Shown: positions 48,406-60,815 of the stretch, piece by piece
How the letters are laid out: every line of letters begins with the position of its first letter
Position numbering within the stretch: the first letter of the stretch is position 1
Assembly (NCBI RefSeq): GCF_004010195.1
Contig: NC_057718.1
Span: 7,560,787-7,624,786 of the forward strand
DNA from: Chiloscyllium plagiosum
Lineage: Eukaryota
Direction: 5' to 3'
DNA: 64,000 bases
The notes under the pieces: generated by a model
What the model was told of the DNA's origin: nothing
Database searches by the model: none
Seen by the model: the letters and a program-made list of their open reading frames with translations, nothing else
Position numbers and translations under genes: made by a program

Positions 48406-49754
48406 CAAGAATACATCAAGACCAGCCATTATTCTCTTGAGGGGTGGAACAGGCTCAAAGCTCGAGGTGGTCTGGTCCAGCTCTTCACATCCGATGGCCC
48501 TCTGTACCAATAATGGATGCTTTCTACCAGGCGTATATCCCTGGTGTGCAAGAGTCATTGGGAAAGAACAGTGGAGATTGACAAGGTGGTACTCAGGGAT
48601 TGTCACTTCAAGATTAGCTTGGAAAAGTTGTTCTTTTCTCCTTTGGAGTGAGGGAGATTGAGGAGAGGGGTTTGATGGACAGGCTCCCACAATGTAAACA
48701 AAGGAAAGCTTTTCTCTTTAGTGGACTGCCCATTGACGGATGGGCAAAGATTTGTGGGTTTTGGGGAAGAGATGGACTGGGGATGTGGTGAAAAACTTTG
48801 TAGTGAGTGGTAATGGCCTCTTGATGGAGATGGCGAACGATTCTGGAAGGATGCTTGCAGGGGAGAGAGCAGGAGTATGAACCGACTGGACTGCCCTGTA
48901 GAGAGTCAGTATGGGTGGGTGTGCCAAAGCACCACTTTCCATGCCATAACCATCACTGAACCTTGGTAGCACGTGCCCCCTGGGTTGGATGATTGTGCAC
49001 ATGCTGGTGGGGATGCCAGTGGAATCCCAGTTGTAATCTGACTTTCTGTATCCGCTAACCAGTGTGATAGCCTGAGGTGACTTTCTTCTGGCTGGTATTG
49101 GCTAATTTGGCACAAATCAAAAGTTTAATCAGGACTCTTGCTGAACCTTGTGGCTTTGGCTGTCTGACTGTGTAAAACCACCTCCTCCCTACCTGAGCCA
49201 CTGGAGAGTTGCTGCTGGCAATGCTGAGGCAATCTGGGAACGCTCACTCTTCTCCATCACTTGTTAGTGGTTTGGCATTATCAAAACAACCAAATTTTAC
49301 ACATTGACCTTAAAAACCGTCTGTTCAGATGTTAACATAAAGAATTGTTCTTTCCACAGTATATGCCACTTGAAATGGAAACTATTAGCAGCATGTGAAA
49401 TAGATTTGTTTTCCAGAAAGTGCAGATCACAACAAATTCCATGGTCGAGAGCACGTTTGCGGTCGAATGATGCTTTAACCCCCACCCCCCGGCCTTCCAA
49501 TTCATTACTCTTCTTTCATTTGATTCTCTAACTGCATTCTCAGGCACTGTTGAGCACATGAAACACTGGGCATCTCAACAAAAGAAACAAGAGCAGAGTA
49601 AGACCATTCAACCCCTCGAATCTCCTTCAGTAAGATCATGTTGTCCCAAATTCCGCCTTCTCATCTCTGCCCAACCCCGTGCCTAATGAGAATGTTCCCA
49701 CCTCTGTCATAAAAATATTCACTCACTCTGCCTCTGAGGCGGAGTTCCAAAGAT

Positions 49755-50020
49755 TTCGATTTGATTTATTCTAGTCATGTGTACCCAAGTACAGTGAAAT
49801 GTTTGTTTTGTGAGCAGTACAGGCAGAACATGGCAAACGAGGACATCCAGATCATAAGGTGCTTAGACAGAGTGAGGCATACAGGGTCAGGGCTGCACAG
49901 GAGGTGCACAAAGTAAGATCAACATTAATTGAAGTTAGAGAGGTCCATTCAGCAGGGAAGAAGCTGTTCCTAAACCTCTTGGTATGTGTGTTCAAGCATC
50001 TGTATCTTCTGCCTGACAGA
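49755..50020 (-). mobile_element. Probable Rex1/Babar-type LINE 3' fragment
   Basis: (gattt)n tail and gggaagaagctgttcctaaacct..ctgtatcttctgcctga. A related fragment lies at ~42020-42180. The clade is assigned by recognition only. Confidence 0.45.
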
Positions 50021-51379
50021 GGTGGTCTCACGACCCTCTGAAAGGAAATAAAATCTCTTCATCTCATCCCATCTCCATCTTGAAACAGTGCCCCCAATAG
50101 TTTTGGACTGACTCACAGGAGGAGATATCCTTCCCATGTCCAACTTGCCAAGGCCATTCAGGATCTTAAACCCTTCGATCAATCACCCCTCACTCTTCTA
50201 AACTCCTGTGAAAACTTTACAAAGCTTTCCTTGTAAGGCACCCCAATCATTCCAGGTATTAATCTAGCAAATCAACTCTCAGCTGTCGCCAACGTTTTTG
50301 CATCCTACCTCCATGAAGGGGAGACCAAGATAGCATCCAAGGACCATACGACTTGGCAGATCGTATCTGAACTGTATCTCCCTTGACCAGCACTCCTGAA
50401 AATTACAGTCAACCAACGATTTTTGCTGTTTGTCTTTCGTGTGCAAACTGGCTGCCTCATTTCCTACACCCTACACCAGTGCCTACAAAAGTACCCCATT
50501 GGCTGGGACGCACTTCAGGGATGTACTGGCAAATTTGTTTTTTTTTGTCAGAATGAGGTGCCCGGGTACACTCTGAGCAACGCGAGTGGCTGTCTATACA
50601 CCTCCCTCAAGTGTGCCCTACGCTGGAGGGCTGGACTTGTCATGGCACCTTCTCACCCACCCCTGACGACCTCAGAATATTTGGGCTTGGGGTAAGTTGG
50701 AGCGAGAGTTGGACAGACACTGAAACCCATAACCCACCCATCATGTGGAAGTCAATAACTAAGAGTCTGTTGCGCTTGTTAAATATTCCAGAGAGTGGGA
50801 GTCCCTCAGTGAGAAGCAGTCCCAGTCTGCATTCATATAGCCCACAATACAACACATTGAGACTCCAGTGAGGGGGGTGGGGGCGGTATTTTTGACCTGT
50901 GGCCTGGGAGATCTGTGTCTCCCGTTCCCTCCCCTACCCCCACCACCCCCACATGAGACTCTGTCCTTGATCTGAAGGAGAATGGACTCATGCCGACATC
51001 ATGGTATTCAGCTTCCTTTCAAGGGTGTCCATAGTATCATGGATTCGTTTGTAAAAGGCAGTTCCTGTCATGTTTCTCTGCCAATTGTAGACCTCCTCCC
51101 CCCTTTAGAATTGTAGAAGAATTGAGTTTTGCAGCACAGAAGGAGGCCATTGGACCCATTATCTCTGTACCAGCTGCCAAAAGAGCCACCAAGCTAGTTG
51201 CACACTCTAGCCTTGTCTCCATAGCCCCCCTCACCTCATCCCTTTCAAATGTATATCCAGCTCTCTTTTGAAACCTTCTATGGAATCTGCCTCCAAATCC
51301 CACATCTCTGAGTACAGAAGTTTCTCCTCATCACGCTCCTAGCTTGCTTATTGACAATCATGATATTGTGAACCCTAGT

Positions 51380-51602
51380 GAGGTACGGCGCTGGAAAAGC
51401 CCAGCAGGCCAGACAGCATTCGAGGAGCAGGATAATTGATGTTTTGGGCATAAGCCCTTCATCACAATTGAGACATTTCCAATGAAGAGCTTATGCCTGA
51501 AATATCGATTCTCCTGCTCCTCAGATGCTCCCTGACCTTTTGTGCTTTTCCAGCACCACACTCTCGTCTCTGATCTTCAGCATCTGCAGTTCTCACCTTC
51601 TC
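51380..51602. mobile_element. PLE-derived fold-back with two decayed inverted HHR motifs
   Basis: ~75-bp inverted arms running gctggaaaagc..ttcat and atgaa..gcttttccagc. Confidence 0.8.
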
Positions 51603-51789
51603 GTAGTTACTGACATACCAACTAGTGGAAACAAAGTCGTTCTCACGCTCATACTCTCTCTCTCTCGCACCCTCGCTGTCCTTCCCCAACTACTGTTGAC
51701 GTGTTCACAGAGGGAAGGGGGGGTTCACTTTTTGCATTGTTTCCCTGAGTAATCAGAAGGGCAGGAAACTGCAAATGCAGTGAGGTCAT

Positions 51790-53985
51790 AACAAAGAACG
51801 AAGAAAGTTATAGCACAGGAACAGGCCCTTCGGCCCTCCAAGCCTGTGCCAATCCAGATCCGCTATCTAAACCTGTTGCCTATTTTCTAAAGATCTGTAT
51901 CCCTCTGCTCCCTGCCATTCATGTATCTGTCTAGATACATCTTAAATGACGCTATTATGTATGTCTCCACCACTAGCAACACGTTCCAGGCCCCTACCAC
52001 CCTCTGTGTAAAGTACTTTCCACGCATATCTCCCTTAAACATTTCCCCTCTCACTTTGAACTCATGACCCCTAGTAATTGATTCCCCCCCCTCTGGGGGA
52101 TAAAGCTCCTTGCTATACACCCTGTCCGTACCTCTCATGATTTTGTAGGCCTCAATCAGGTCCCCCCTCAACCTCCTTCTTTCCAATGAAAATAATCCTA
52201 ATCTACTCAACCTCTCCCCACAGCTAGGGGCTACCATACCCGGCAGCATCCTGGTGAACCTTCTCTGCACCCTCTCCAAAGCACCCACATCGTTTTGGTA
52301 AGGTGGCGACCAGAACTATACACTGCATTCCAAATGTGGCCGAACCAAAGTCTTATATAACTGTAACATGACCTGCTAATTCTTCAACTCAATAACCCAT
52401 CCAATTAAGGAAAGCATGCCTTATATCTCTTTGCACTCTATCGACCTGCGTTGCACCTTCAGGGAACAATGGACCTGAACACACAGATCCCTCTGTACAT
52501 CAATTTTCCCCAGGGCTTTTCCATTGACCGTATTGTTCGTTCTTTAATTGGATCTTCCAAAATGTAGCACTTCACATTTGCCTGGATTGAACTTCATCTC
52601 TCCAATTTCTCCGCCCAACTCTCCGCCCAACTCTCCGCCCAACTCTCCAATCTATCTATATTCTGCATTCTCTGACAGTCCCCTTTACTATCTGCTACTC
52701 CACCAATCTTAGTGTCATCTGCAAACTTGCTAATCAGACCACCTATACCTTCCTCCAGATCATTTGTGTATATCACAAACAACAGTGGTCCCAGCATGGA
52801 CCCCTGTAAAACACCACTGGTCACAGGTCTCCATTTTGAGATACTCTCTTCCATTACTACTCACTGTCTCCTGTTGCCCAGCCAGTTCTCTATCTATCCA
52901 ACTAGTACACCCTGAACTCTATGCGACCTCACTTTCTCCATCAGCCTACCATGGGGAACCTAATCAAATGCCTTACTGAAGTCCATGTATATGACATCTA
53001 TAGCCCTTCCCTCATCAACCAATTTTGTCACTTCCTCAAAGAGTTCTATCAAGTTGGTAAGACATGACCTTCCCTGCACAAAATCATGCTGCCTATCACT
53101 GATAAGCCCATTTTCTTCCAAATGTAAATCGATCGTATCCCTCAGTATTTTCTCTAGCAGCTTCCCTACCACTGACATAAGGCTCACTGGTCTATAATTA
53201 CCTGGATTATTCTTGCTACCCTTCTTAAACAAGGGGACAACATTAGCAATTCTCCAGTCCTCCGGGACGTCACCTGTGTTAGAGGATGCTGTAAAGATAT
53301 CTGTTAAGGCCCCAGCTATTTCCCCTCTCGCTTCCCTCAGTTACCTGGGATAGGTCCCATCTGGACCTGGGGACTTGTCCAGGTTAATGCCTTTTAGAGT
53401 ACCCAACACTTCCTCCCTCCTTATGCCAACTTGACCTAGAGTAATCAAACATCTATCCTGAACCTCAACATCCATCTCTCCTCGGTGAACACGGATGCAA
53501 AGTACTCATTAAGAATGTCACTCATTTTGTTTGACTCCACGCATAACTTTCCTCCTTTGTCCTTGAGTGGGCCAACCCTTTCCCTAGTTACCCTCTTGCT
53601 CCTTATATAGAAATAAAAGGCTTTGGGATTTTCCTTAACCCTGTTTGCTAAAGATATTTCATGACCCCTTTTAGCCCTCTTAATTTCTCATTTCAGATTG
53701 GTCCTCCTTTCCCTATATTCTTCCAAAGCTTCGTCTGTCTTCAGTCGCCTAGACCTTTTGTATGCTTCCTTTTTCCTCTTAGCTAGTCTCACGATTTCAG
53801 CTGTCATCCATGTTTCCCTAATCTTGCCATTTCTATCCCTCATTTTCACAGGGACATGTCTGTCCTGCACTCTAATCAATCTCTGTTTAAAAGCCTCCCA
53901 CATATCAAATATGGATTTATCTGCAAAAAGCTGCTCCCAATCCAAGTTCCCCAGCCCCAGCTGAATTTTGCTATAGTTGGTCTTC
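51790..53985 (-). pseudogene. CR1 LINE ORF2 (reverse transcriptase), ~2.2 kb, disrupted
   Basis: NNPGNYRPVSLMSVVGK..YMDFSKAFD, SGVLQGSMLGPLLFVIYTNDL..SKFADDTKIGG and LERRRLRGDLIEAYKI, with several frameshifts. Confidence 0.92.
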
Positions 53986-54347
53986 CCCGAACATTAAGAA
54001 CAGGGGAGGGGAAGCCCCAGGCCTGTTACCATAATTGGTTCTAATCATGGCCAAACGCCCCCTCAATTCAATGTGCCCGCCATTGCTCCCTATCCCTTTG
54101 TGCCCCTGTCAGAACAATAATCGTTTGACCTTTGTCATGAAAGGCCTTGATGGAGAAAGTGGGAAGAGGATACAGAGGTGGACGGTCAGCCATGATCCTA
54201 TTCAATGGCACAGCAAGCTGGAAGGGCTGAATGGCCTACCGCCTCTCCTATTTTCTCTTTCTGTGTGAATATGTAATCTATTGCACAAATTCTTTGGGCC
54301 GTCCTGACCTGAAAAGGTGACCCCGCACCCCCCTTCTCAATTTGTAA

Positions 54348-54791
54348 AGACTTTATTGGTCAGAGTATTGAGTACAGGGGTTGGGAGGTCATGTTGCGGT
54401 TGTACAGGACATTGGTTAGGCCACTGTTGGAATATTGCATGCAATTCTGGTCTCCTTCCTATCGGAAAGATGTTGTGAAACTTGAAAGGGTTCAGAAACG
54501 ATTTACAAGGATGTTGCCAGGGTTGGAGGATCTGAGCTATAGGGAGAGGCTGAACAGGCTGGGGCTGTTTTCCCTGGAATGTCAGAGGCTGAGGGGAGAC
54601 CTTATAGATGGTGGAGGCTGGTACAATTGCAACATTTAAGAGGCATTTGGATGGGTATATGAATAGGAAGGGTTTGGAGGGATATGGGCTGGGTGCTGGC
54701 AGGTGGGACGAGGTTGCGTTGGGATATCTGGTCGGCATGGACGGGTTGGACCGAAGGTTCTGTTTCTATGCTGTACATCTCTATGACTCTA
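54348..54791 (+). mobile_element. HER1-like LINE with an internal deletion
   Basis: gaccttatag joins directly to atggtggaggctgg at ~54608, skipping about 180 nt present in the 4698-5358 copy. Confidence 0.85.
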
Positions 54792-55297
54792 AGTTGAACG
54801 ACGATATAAAAAAACGGTTATTTTAAAGGTCACGGTGGAGAGGTATTTGGGAACCATGCCCTGGGATCTGATTATTCCGCGTTGATTGAAGCACAAGGTG
54901 AGGTGGCTGTCACCAGTTTTCAAGACACTATGACTCGACAGTGCATTAGGAGAGCATCTGTCAGTTCAGCTTGTGCTGATAATACCTCTGCTGGCTTCTC
55001 CTCCCCACCAGGCTAAGCTAGAACCAAGCCGGCACAGAGAGGGAAGATGGTGAGTGAGATTTTGCCTGGAGTTTTTTTTTTCTAAATTGGAGCTTTGCTG
55101 CTCGTTGGCCATAGCTGTGAGACTGGCAGAGGCTGTGGAAATTCTAGGATTGTAGCTCGACCTTTCTGTTAGTCCTCCCGGGTCTACAGTTAACAACGAG
55201 GCCAAGAGAGGGAGGAATACATCGACATTTTAGTTTCTAACTCCTGCTATTCAGCCCGAGAGGGTCCAACATGAAGAGAGTGTTCTTGATTGTCTCC

Positions 55298-55760
55298 TCT
55301 AGATTAGAGTATAGCTGGAAAAGCACAGCAGGCCAGGCAGCATCTGAGGAGCAGGAAAATCGACTTTGCTGGCAAAAGCCCTTCACACGTAGCCACCGCT
55401 CTAATTGCCCACAAAAACAGAAGTTGCTAGAGAGACTCAGCAGGTCTGGCCACATCTGTGGAGAGAAAGCAGAGTTCACGTTTCGCGTCAAGTGACACTT
55501 CCCCAGGATCTCTTATTGCCTCCCTATTTAAGGGATGGAGGTTTGACCTGGCTGACCGTTTGGACTTGAGCAGAAATTGCTGGAGAGACTCAGCGGGTCT
55601 GGCAGAGAGAAAGCAGAGTTAAGGTTTCAGAACTGAAGAGGGGTCACTGAACCTGAAATGTTGACTCTGCTTTCTTCCTGTCGGTGCTGCCAGATCCTGA
55701 GTTTCTCTGGCAATTTCTGTATTACTTCCGGATTTCCAGCATCCATAATTAGTTTTGTTT
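55298..55760. mobile_element. Cluster of PLE terminal-repeat derivatives (first and second families)
   Basis: Arms at ~55298-55385 and ~55410-55505, and a fold-back at ~55570-55760 containing CTGAAGA-ggggtcactgaacct-GAAAtgtt. Confidence 0.7.
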
Positions 55761-56094
55761 GGGCTTGAATGGTGTTCGCAAAGTTTGGACCTGTGTAATT
55801 GTTGAATGATCTGCGTGAGTGGTGCGTTTGAGTGAAGCTTTCTGCTCTGCTGAAGGTTATCTGAATTGTTCCCTGAGGCTCCAGGTTCCAGCCCCACCCT
55901 GTACAGCACTGAAGGGATGCTGCACGTTCAGAGGTACTGTCTCTTGGCTGAGATGTTGACCCAAGGCTCTGTCTGCCCTGACTTGAGTAAACATGAATAT
56001 CCCACAGCCCTATTTTGTCAAAAACAGTAGCTGCTACTGCTCCGTTTCACCAGCCAATGCCAGTGGACGACACGGTGGCTTCGAATGTATTGAT

Positions 56095-56505
56095 TGGAGA
56101 GAGGGTGCCGAGGACGTTCATGAAAATGATCCCAGGACGAAAGGCTTCATACATGAGGAGCGTTTGAAGACTTTGGGACTAGACTCGATGGAGTTTAGAA
56201 GGATGAGGGGGGGATTCTGATTGAAACTTTAAGAATACTGAGCAAGTGGACGTTGGGAAGGTGTTTCCACTGACAGGAGAGTTGAGGACCCGAGGGTACA
56301 GCCTTAGAGTAAAGGGAAAACCCTTTAGAATGGAGGCAAGGAGAAACCTGTTCAGCCAGAGAGGGGTGAATCTGTGGAATTCATTGCCACAGAAGGCTGT
56401 GGAGACCAAGTCTTGGAGTATATTTACGACTGAGATAGATAGGTTCTCGATTGTCAAGGGGATCAAAGGTTACGGGGAGAAAGCGGGAGAATGAGGTTGA
56501 AAAGC
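56095..56505 (+). mobile_element. CR1 LINE 3' fragment
   Basis: ELRTRGYSLRVKGKPFRMEARRNLFSQRGVNLWNSLPQ. Confidence 0.85.
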
Positions 56506-56507
56506 CT

Positions 56508-56785
56508 CAGAGCTGAAAATGTGTTGCTGGAAAAGCGCAGCAGGTCAGGCAGCATCCAAGGAACAGGTCAGTCAAATCCCTCGAACTCAGCACCGCCTTC
56601 CTAACCTGCAATCTTCTTCCTGACCCTTCCGCCCCCACCCCACTCCGGCCTATCACCCTCACCTTGACCTCCCTCCACCTATCGCATTTCCAAAACCCCT
56701 CCCCCAAGTCCCTCCTCCCTATCTTTTATCTTAGCCTGCTGGAGACACTTTCCTGCTGCGCTTTTCCAGCAACACATTTTCAGTT
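56508..56785. mobile_element. PLE-derived fold-back enclosing PLE 3' UTR
   Basis: Perfect 32-bp inverted repeat ctgaaaatgtgttgctggaaaagcgcagcagg / cctgctgcgcttttccagcaacacattttcag. Confidence 0.8.
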
Positions 56786-57502
56786 TTAATGTAATTTTAC
56801 TTGGTTTGGAAATGAATTGAATGCACATAAGTAATTTAGGGGGTCAGATATGCTCTGGGACTCTTGTTGCACAGTGGTAGTGTCCCTACCTCTGATCCAG
56901 GAGGCTTTGGTTCAAATCCCACTTAATCCAGAGGTGCGTCATAACATCACTACAAATTGGTTAATTGGTACATATCTCCTGGCATTGGCATTGGTGTAGC
57001 TCACCAGAGGGTCTGGGTTAATAATCCAGAGAGTTCACATTAGCCCAATGTGAGGTTTGACCATTGAGAATCCAGATTTAAAAACAAATCTGATAAAAAT
57101 TTTTTTGAAAAATGCCTGAGGTCAGTGAAAGTGAGTGGGAAGCTGCTGCCTTGTAATGATCTGATTGGTCTGTTGCTGTTCTTTGGGGCAGGAAATCTGC
57201 CGTCTTTACTGCACGTGGGCTTAGATATGACTCAGCCATGCGAAACACTGAGCTCGTCATGATGTCAGTGCATTACAAATCAGAGCCTCTCGTTTTAACA
57301 AAATTCACAATTTTGAGTACTTGTCTTGCTCTCGCTCTCTCTTTCTCGCTCTCTCTATCTATGTTACATTCTCTCCCTCTGTGTCTCTCACACATCCCCC
57401 TCCCCCACCTCTCACCTCCTTCCTTTCTCCACCTACCTCTTTTCACCACCCGCGCTCTCTCTCTCTCCCCCAGTCTCTCCACATCTCTACCCCTCTTTCC
57501 AC

Positions 57503-57922
57503 TCCTTCCACACTCTCTCCTTCCACACTCTCTCCTTCCACACTCTCTCCTTCCACACTCTCTCCTTCCACACTCTCTCCTTCCACACTCTCTCCTTCCA
57601 CACTCTCTCCTTCCACACTCTCTCCTTCCACACTCTCTCCTTCCACACTCTCTCCTTCCACACTCTCTCCTTCCACACTCTCTCCTTCCACACTCTCTCC
57701 TTCCACACTCTCTCCTTCCACACTCTCTCCTTCCACACTCTCTCCTTCCACACTCTCTCCTTCCACACTCTCTCCTTCCACACTCTCTCCTTCCACACTC
57801 TCTCCTTCCACACTCTCTCCTTCCACACTCTCTCCTTCCACACTCTCTCCTTCCACACTCTCTCCTTCCACACTCTCTCCTTCCACACTCTCTCCTTCCA
57901 CACTCTCTCCTTCCACACTCTC
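57503..57922. repeat. 15-bp minisatellite (tccttccacactctc), ~28 perfect units
   Basis: Direct observation. It is followed by a gap and (CT)n. Confidence 0.97.
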
Positions 57923-58400
57923 TTTGTCCTTCCACTGTCTTTCTCCTTCCACTCTTCCCCCTCTCCCCTCCATTCTGTCTTCTCTCACCTCTCTCTNNNN
58001 NNNNNNNNNNNNNNNNNNNNNNNNNNNNNNNNNNNNNNNNNNNNNNNNNNNNNNNNNNNNNNNNNNNNNNNNNNNNNNNNNNNNNNNNNNNNNNNNNNNN
58101 NNNNNNNNNNNNNNNNNNNNNNNNNNNNNNNNNNNNNNNNNNNNNNNNNNNNNNNNNNNNNNNNNNNNNNNNNNNNNNNNNNNNNNNNNNNNNNNNNNNN
58201 NNNNNNNNNNNNNNNNNNNNNNNNNNNNNNNNNNNNNNNNNNNNNNNNNNNNNNNNNNNNNNNNNNNNNNNNNNNNNNNNNNNNNNNNNNNNNNNNNNNN
58301 NNNNNNNNNNNNNNNNNNNNNNNNNNNNNNNNNNNNNNNNNNNNNNNNNNNNNNNNNNNNNNNNNNNNNNNNNNNNNNNNNNNNNNNNNNNNCTTCTCAC

Positions 58401-58443
<43 letters not shown>

Positions 58444-58453
58444 TCTCTCTCTC

Positions 58454-58491
<38 letters not shown>

Positions 58492-58534
58492 CTCTTCCTC
58501 TTTCAACATCTCTCTACTCCACGTAGTTTTTTAG

Positions 58535-58587
58535 TGGATGAGCATCAGTGGAGCTGAACAACGGTGTGCTGGCTTTCAGGTTGGAAG
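58535..58587 (+). other. Candidate small exon (acceptor position uncertain)
   Basis: Consensus donor AAG|gtgagt at 58588 after a long pyrimidine tract. Possible acceptors give 61, 53, 39 or 8 nt. Confidence 0.4.
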
Positions 58588-59264
58588 GTGAGTGGTTACT
58601 GCTGAGTCTCTGTGGAGGAGCTGCTCCTTAGTAACTAGCAGCTTTTATGTCTCTCAGTCCTTGCACTCCGCGTTTGTACTGAGACCTGGCTGATCAGGTG
58701 TTCACTGAGGACCACTCTCGCTGAGGCAACTTCAAAGACTCCCATTCAGTAATACAACCTGTGGTCTTATTCTAATGGCCCTCAATTAGCTGTTAGCCAG
58801 CGGTAAGTGTTTTCAGATGGCAGTCCCTCACAGCCTCCAATACCTGCTTTAGATTGTTCCTCAGGCTCTGCTCTGATATCTGACTCACTTTGCTAACATC
58901 CTGTTCCCTTGAAGTGTTGAAACTAAAATTCATTGCACTATTACTCACCCTTTCATTACTAAGAGCCTCTGGACTTCAGAACATCTGAGCTCCTTCACTT
59001 CTCCCTTCCTTTTATGGATGTTTAAACCCACCACACATTGATGTCAGCTGACTAATCCTTCCGGATTTACCTGTTGCAGGAGAAATCCAACCAGCACTTG
59101 GATCACGTGCAGACAGGTGGGATTAGTTTAGAATGGCACCATGCTCAGCACAAATATAGTGGGCCGAAGGGCCTATTGCTGTGCTGTTCCGTTCTGCGAC
59201 CTCTTGTTTGTTTTCTGATTTTGGCCATGGATTAGCACGAGAGATTACAGGATGATGGGCTTTT

Positions 59265-59600
59265 TAAAGTTTTTCATTCATGGGATGTAGCTATTACTGG
59301 CTAGACCAACATTCAATGCCCATCCCTAACTGCCCAGAGGGCAATTGAGAGTCAACCACCTTGCTGTGGGTCTGGAGTCACGTGTAGGCCAGATCGGGTC
59401 TAGATAGGCATTATTGAATGCTGAAGAGTTTTAGTGACAATTGACAATCATTTCATAGTTATGATTAGGTCTCTAATTCCAGATTTTATTTTTAAATTGA
59501 GTATAAATTCCATCTTCGACTATGGTGGGATCCGAACTCAGGTCCGCAGACGTTAATGGAGTTCCTGCATTGACAGTCCACTGATAATGCCATCACCTTC
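59265..59600 (-). mobile_element. SINE-Z
   Basis: Reverse complement of 43040-43392. Confidence 0.75.
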
Positions 59601-59603
59601 CCA

Positions 59604-59822
59604 ATTTGGCAGAAGTGAGTACTGCAGATGCTGGAGATTAGAGTCAAGATTAGAGTGGTGCTGAAAAAGCACAGCAGGTCAGACAGCAGGAAAATCTACA
59701 TTTCAATAGACAATAGGTGCAGGAGTAGGCCATTCTGCCCTTCGAGCCGCCATTATGATCATGGCTGATCATCCTCAATCAGTAAATTTCGATTTGATGA
59801 AGGGCTTTTGCCCAAAAAATGG
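59604..59822. mobile_element. PLE-derived fold-back enclosing a CR1 3' terminus
   Basis: TSD accttccca at 59595-59603 and 59823-59831. The CR1 tail segment lies at ~59705-59785. Confidence 0.7.
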
Positions 59823-60369
59823 ACCTTCCCAGTGTGCGCAAGGGAAGCCAAGAAGGAGCTTGTTTTTATGTAACGACTTCTGTGACCTCAAGAAGTCCTG
59901 GACTCATTCTGAATTGGAGTGTTTTCTGACAGGATGCCACGGGTCATGAGGTAGGCAGTGCGAGAGGCCGGCTTGTGCACAGCAAGACCCCACAAGCAAC
60001 AGTGGCTGCTGAAAACCCGAAATCTAAACAAAACTCTGGGAAATGCACAGCGGCCTGCGAGGAGAGGGAACGGTGGCAGAGTTGTTGCGTTACTGGATCT
60101 TTTCCAAAAAAAAATCCTTGAAGGTTCTTTTCAGAACTTTCTAATCAACCTGCTCAGAGATGTTGCTATCCATCTCTGGAGCAGGTGGGACTTGAACCCA
60201 GTTTTCCTGGTCCAGAAGTAGGGACAGTAACACTGTACCACAAAATCTTGTTGGCGATTGACCCTGAGACCCTTACTATTGCTGCTCAGGGAGTTTACTT
60301 CAAAATGTTAAAGAAATCTGGAATCTGAGAGCGAGAAACAGCAATTGTGACATGAAATTGAAATCTTTA

Positions 60370-60815
60370 TAGTCACACAGCACAGAAACAGCCCCTTCGG
60401 TCCAACCAGTCCATGCCGACCATAATCCCAAACTAAACTAGTCCCACCTGCCTCCTCCTGACCCACGTCCTTCCAAACCCTTCCCATTCATGTGTCTATC
60501 CAAATGTCTTTTTTCACATCGTAACTGTACCCACATCCACCACTTTCTCAGGAAGTCCATTCCCCATGCGAACCACCCTCTGTGTAAAACATTTCCCCAT
60601 CCTGTCTTTTTAAAATCTTTCTCTTTCACCTTAAAAATGTGCTCTCTAGTCTTAAAATTCCCCAACTGGGGAAAACAAACACCTACTATTAACCCTATCT
60701 GTACCCCCTCATGATGTTGTCAACCTCTATAAGGTCACGTCCCAACCTCCTACATTCCAGTGAATCAAGTCCTAGCCTATCCACCCTTTCTAACTCAAAC
60801 CTTCCAAATCCTTCT
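60370..60815 (-). mobile_element. HER1-like LINE 3' fragment
   Basis: Minus strand SLECRRLGRDLIEVDNIMRG and the HER1-type 3' UTR. Confidence 0.8.

Noticed and set aside
57238..58557. Long ORFs (up to 439 aa) on both strands
   Set aside because: Produced by a stop-free 15-bp minisatellite, (CT)n and an N gap.
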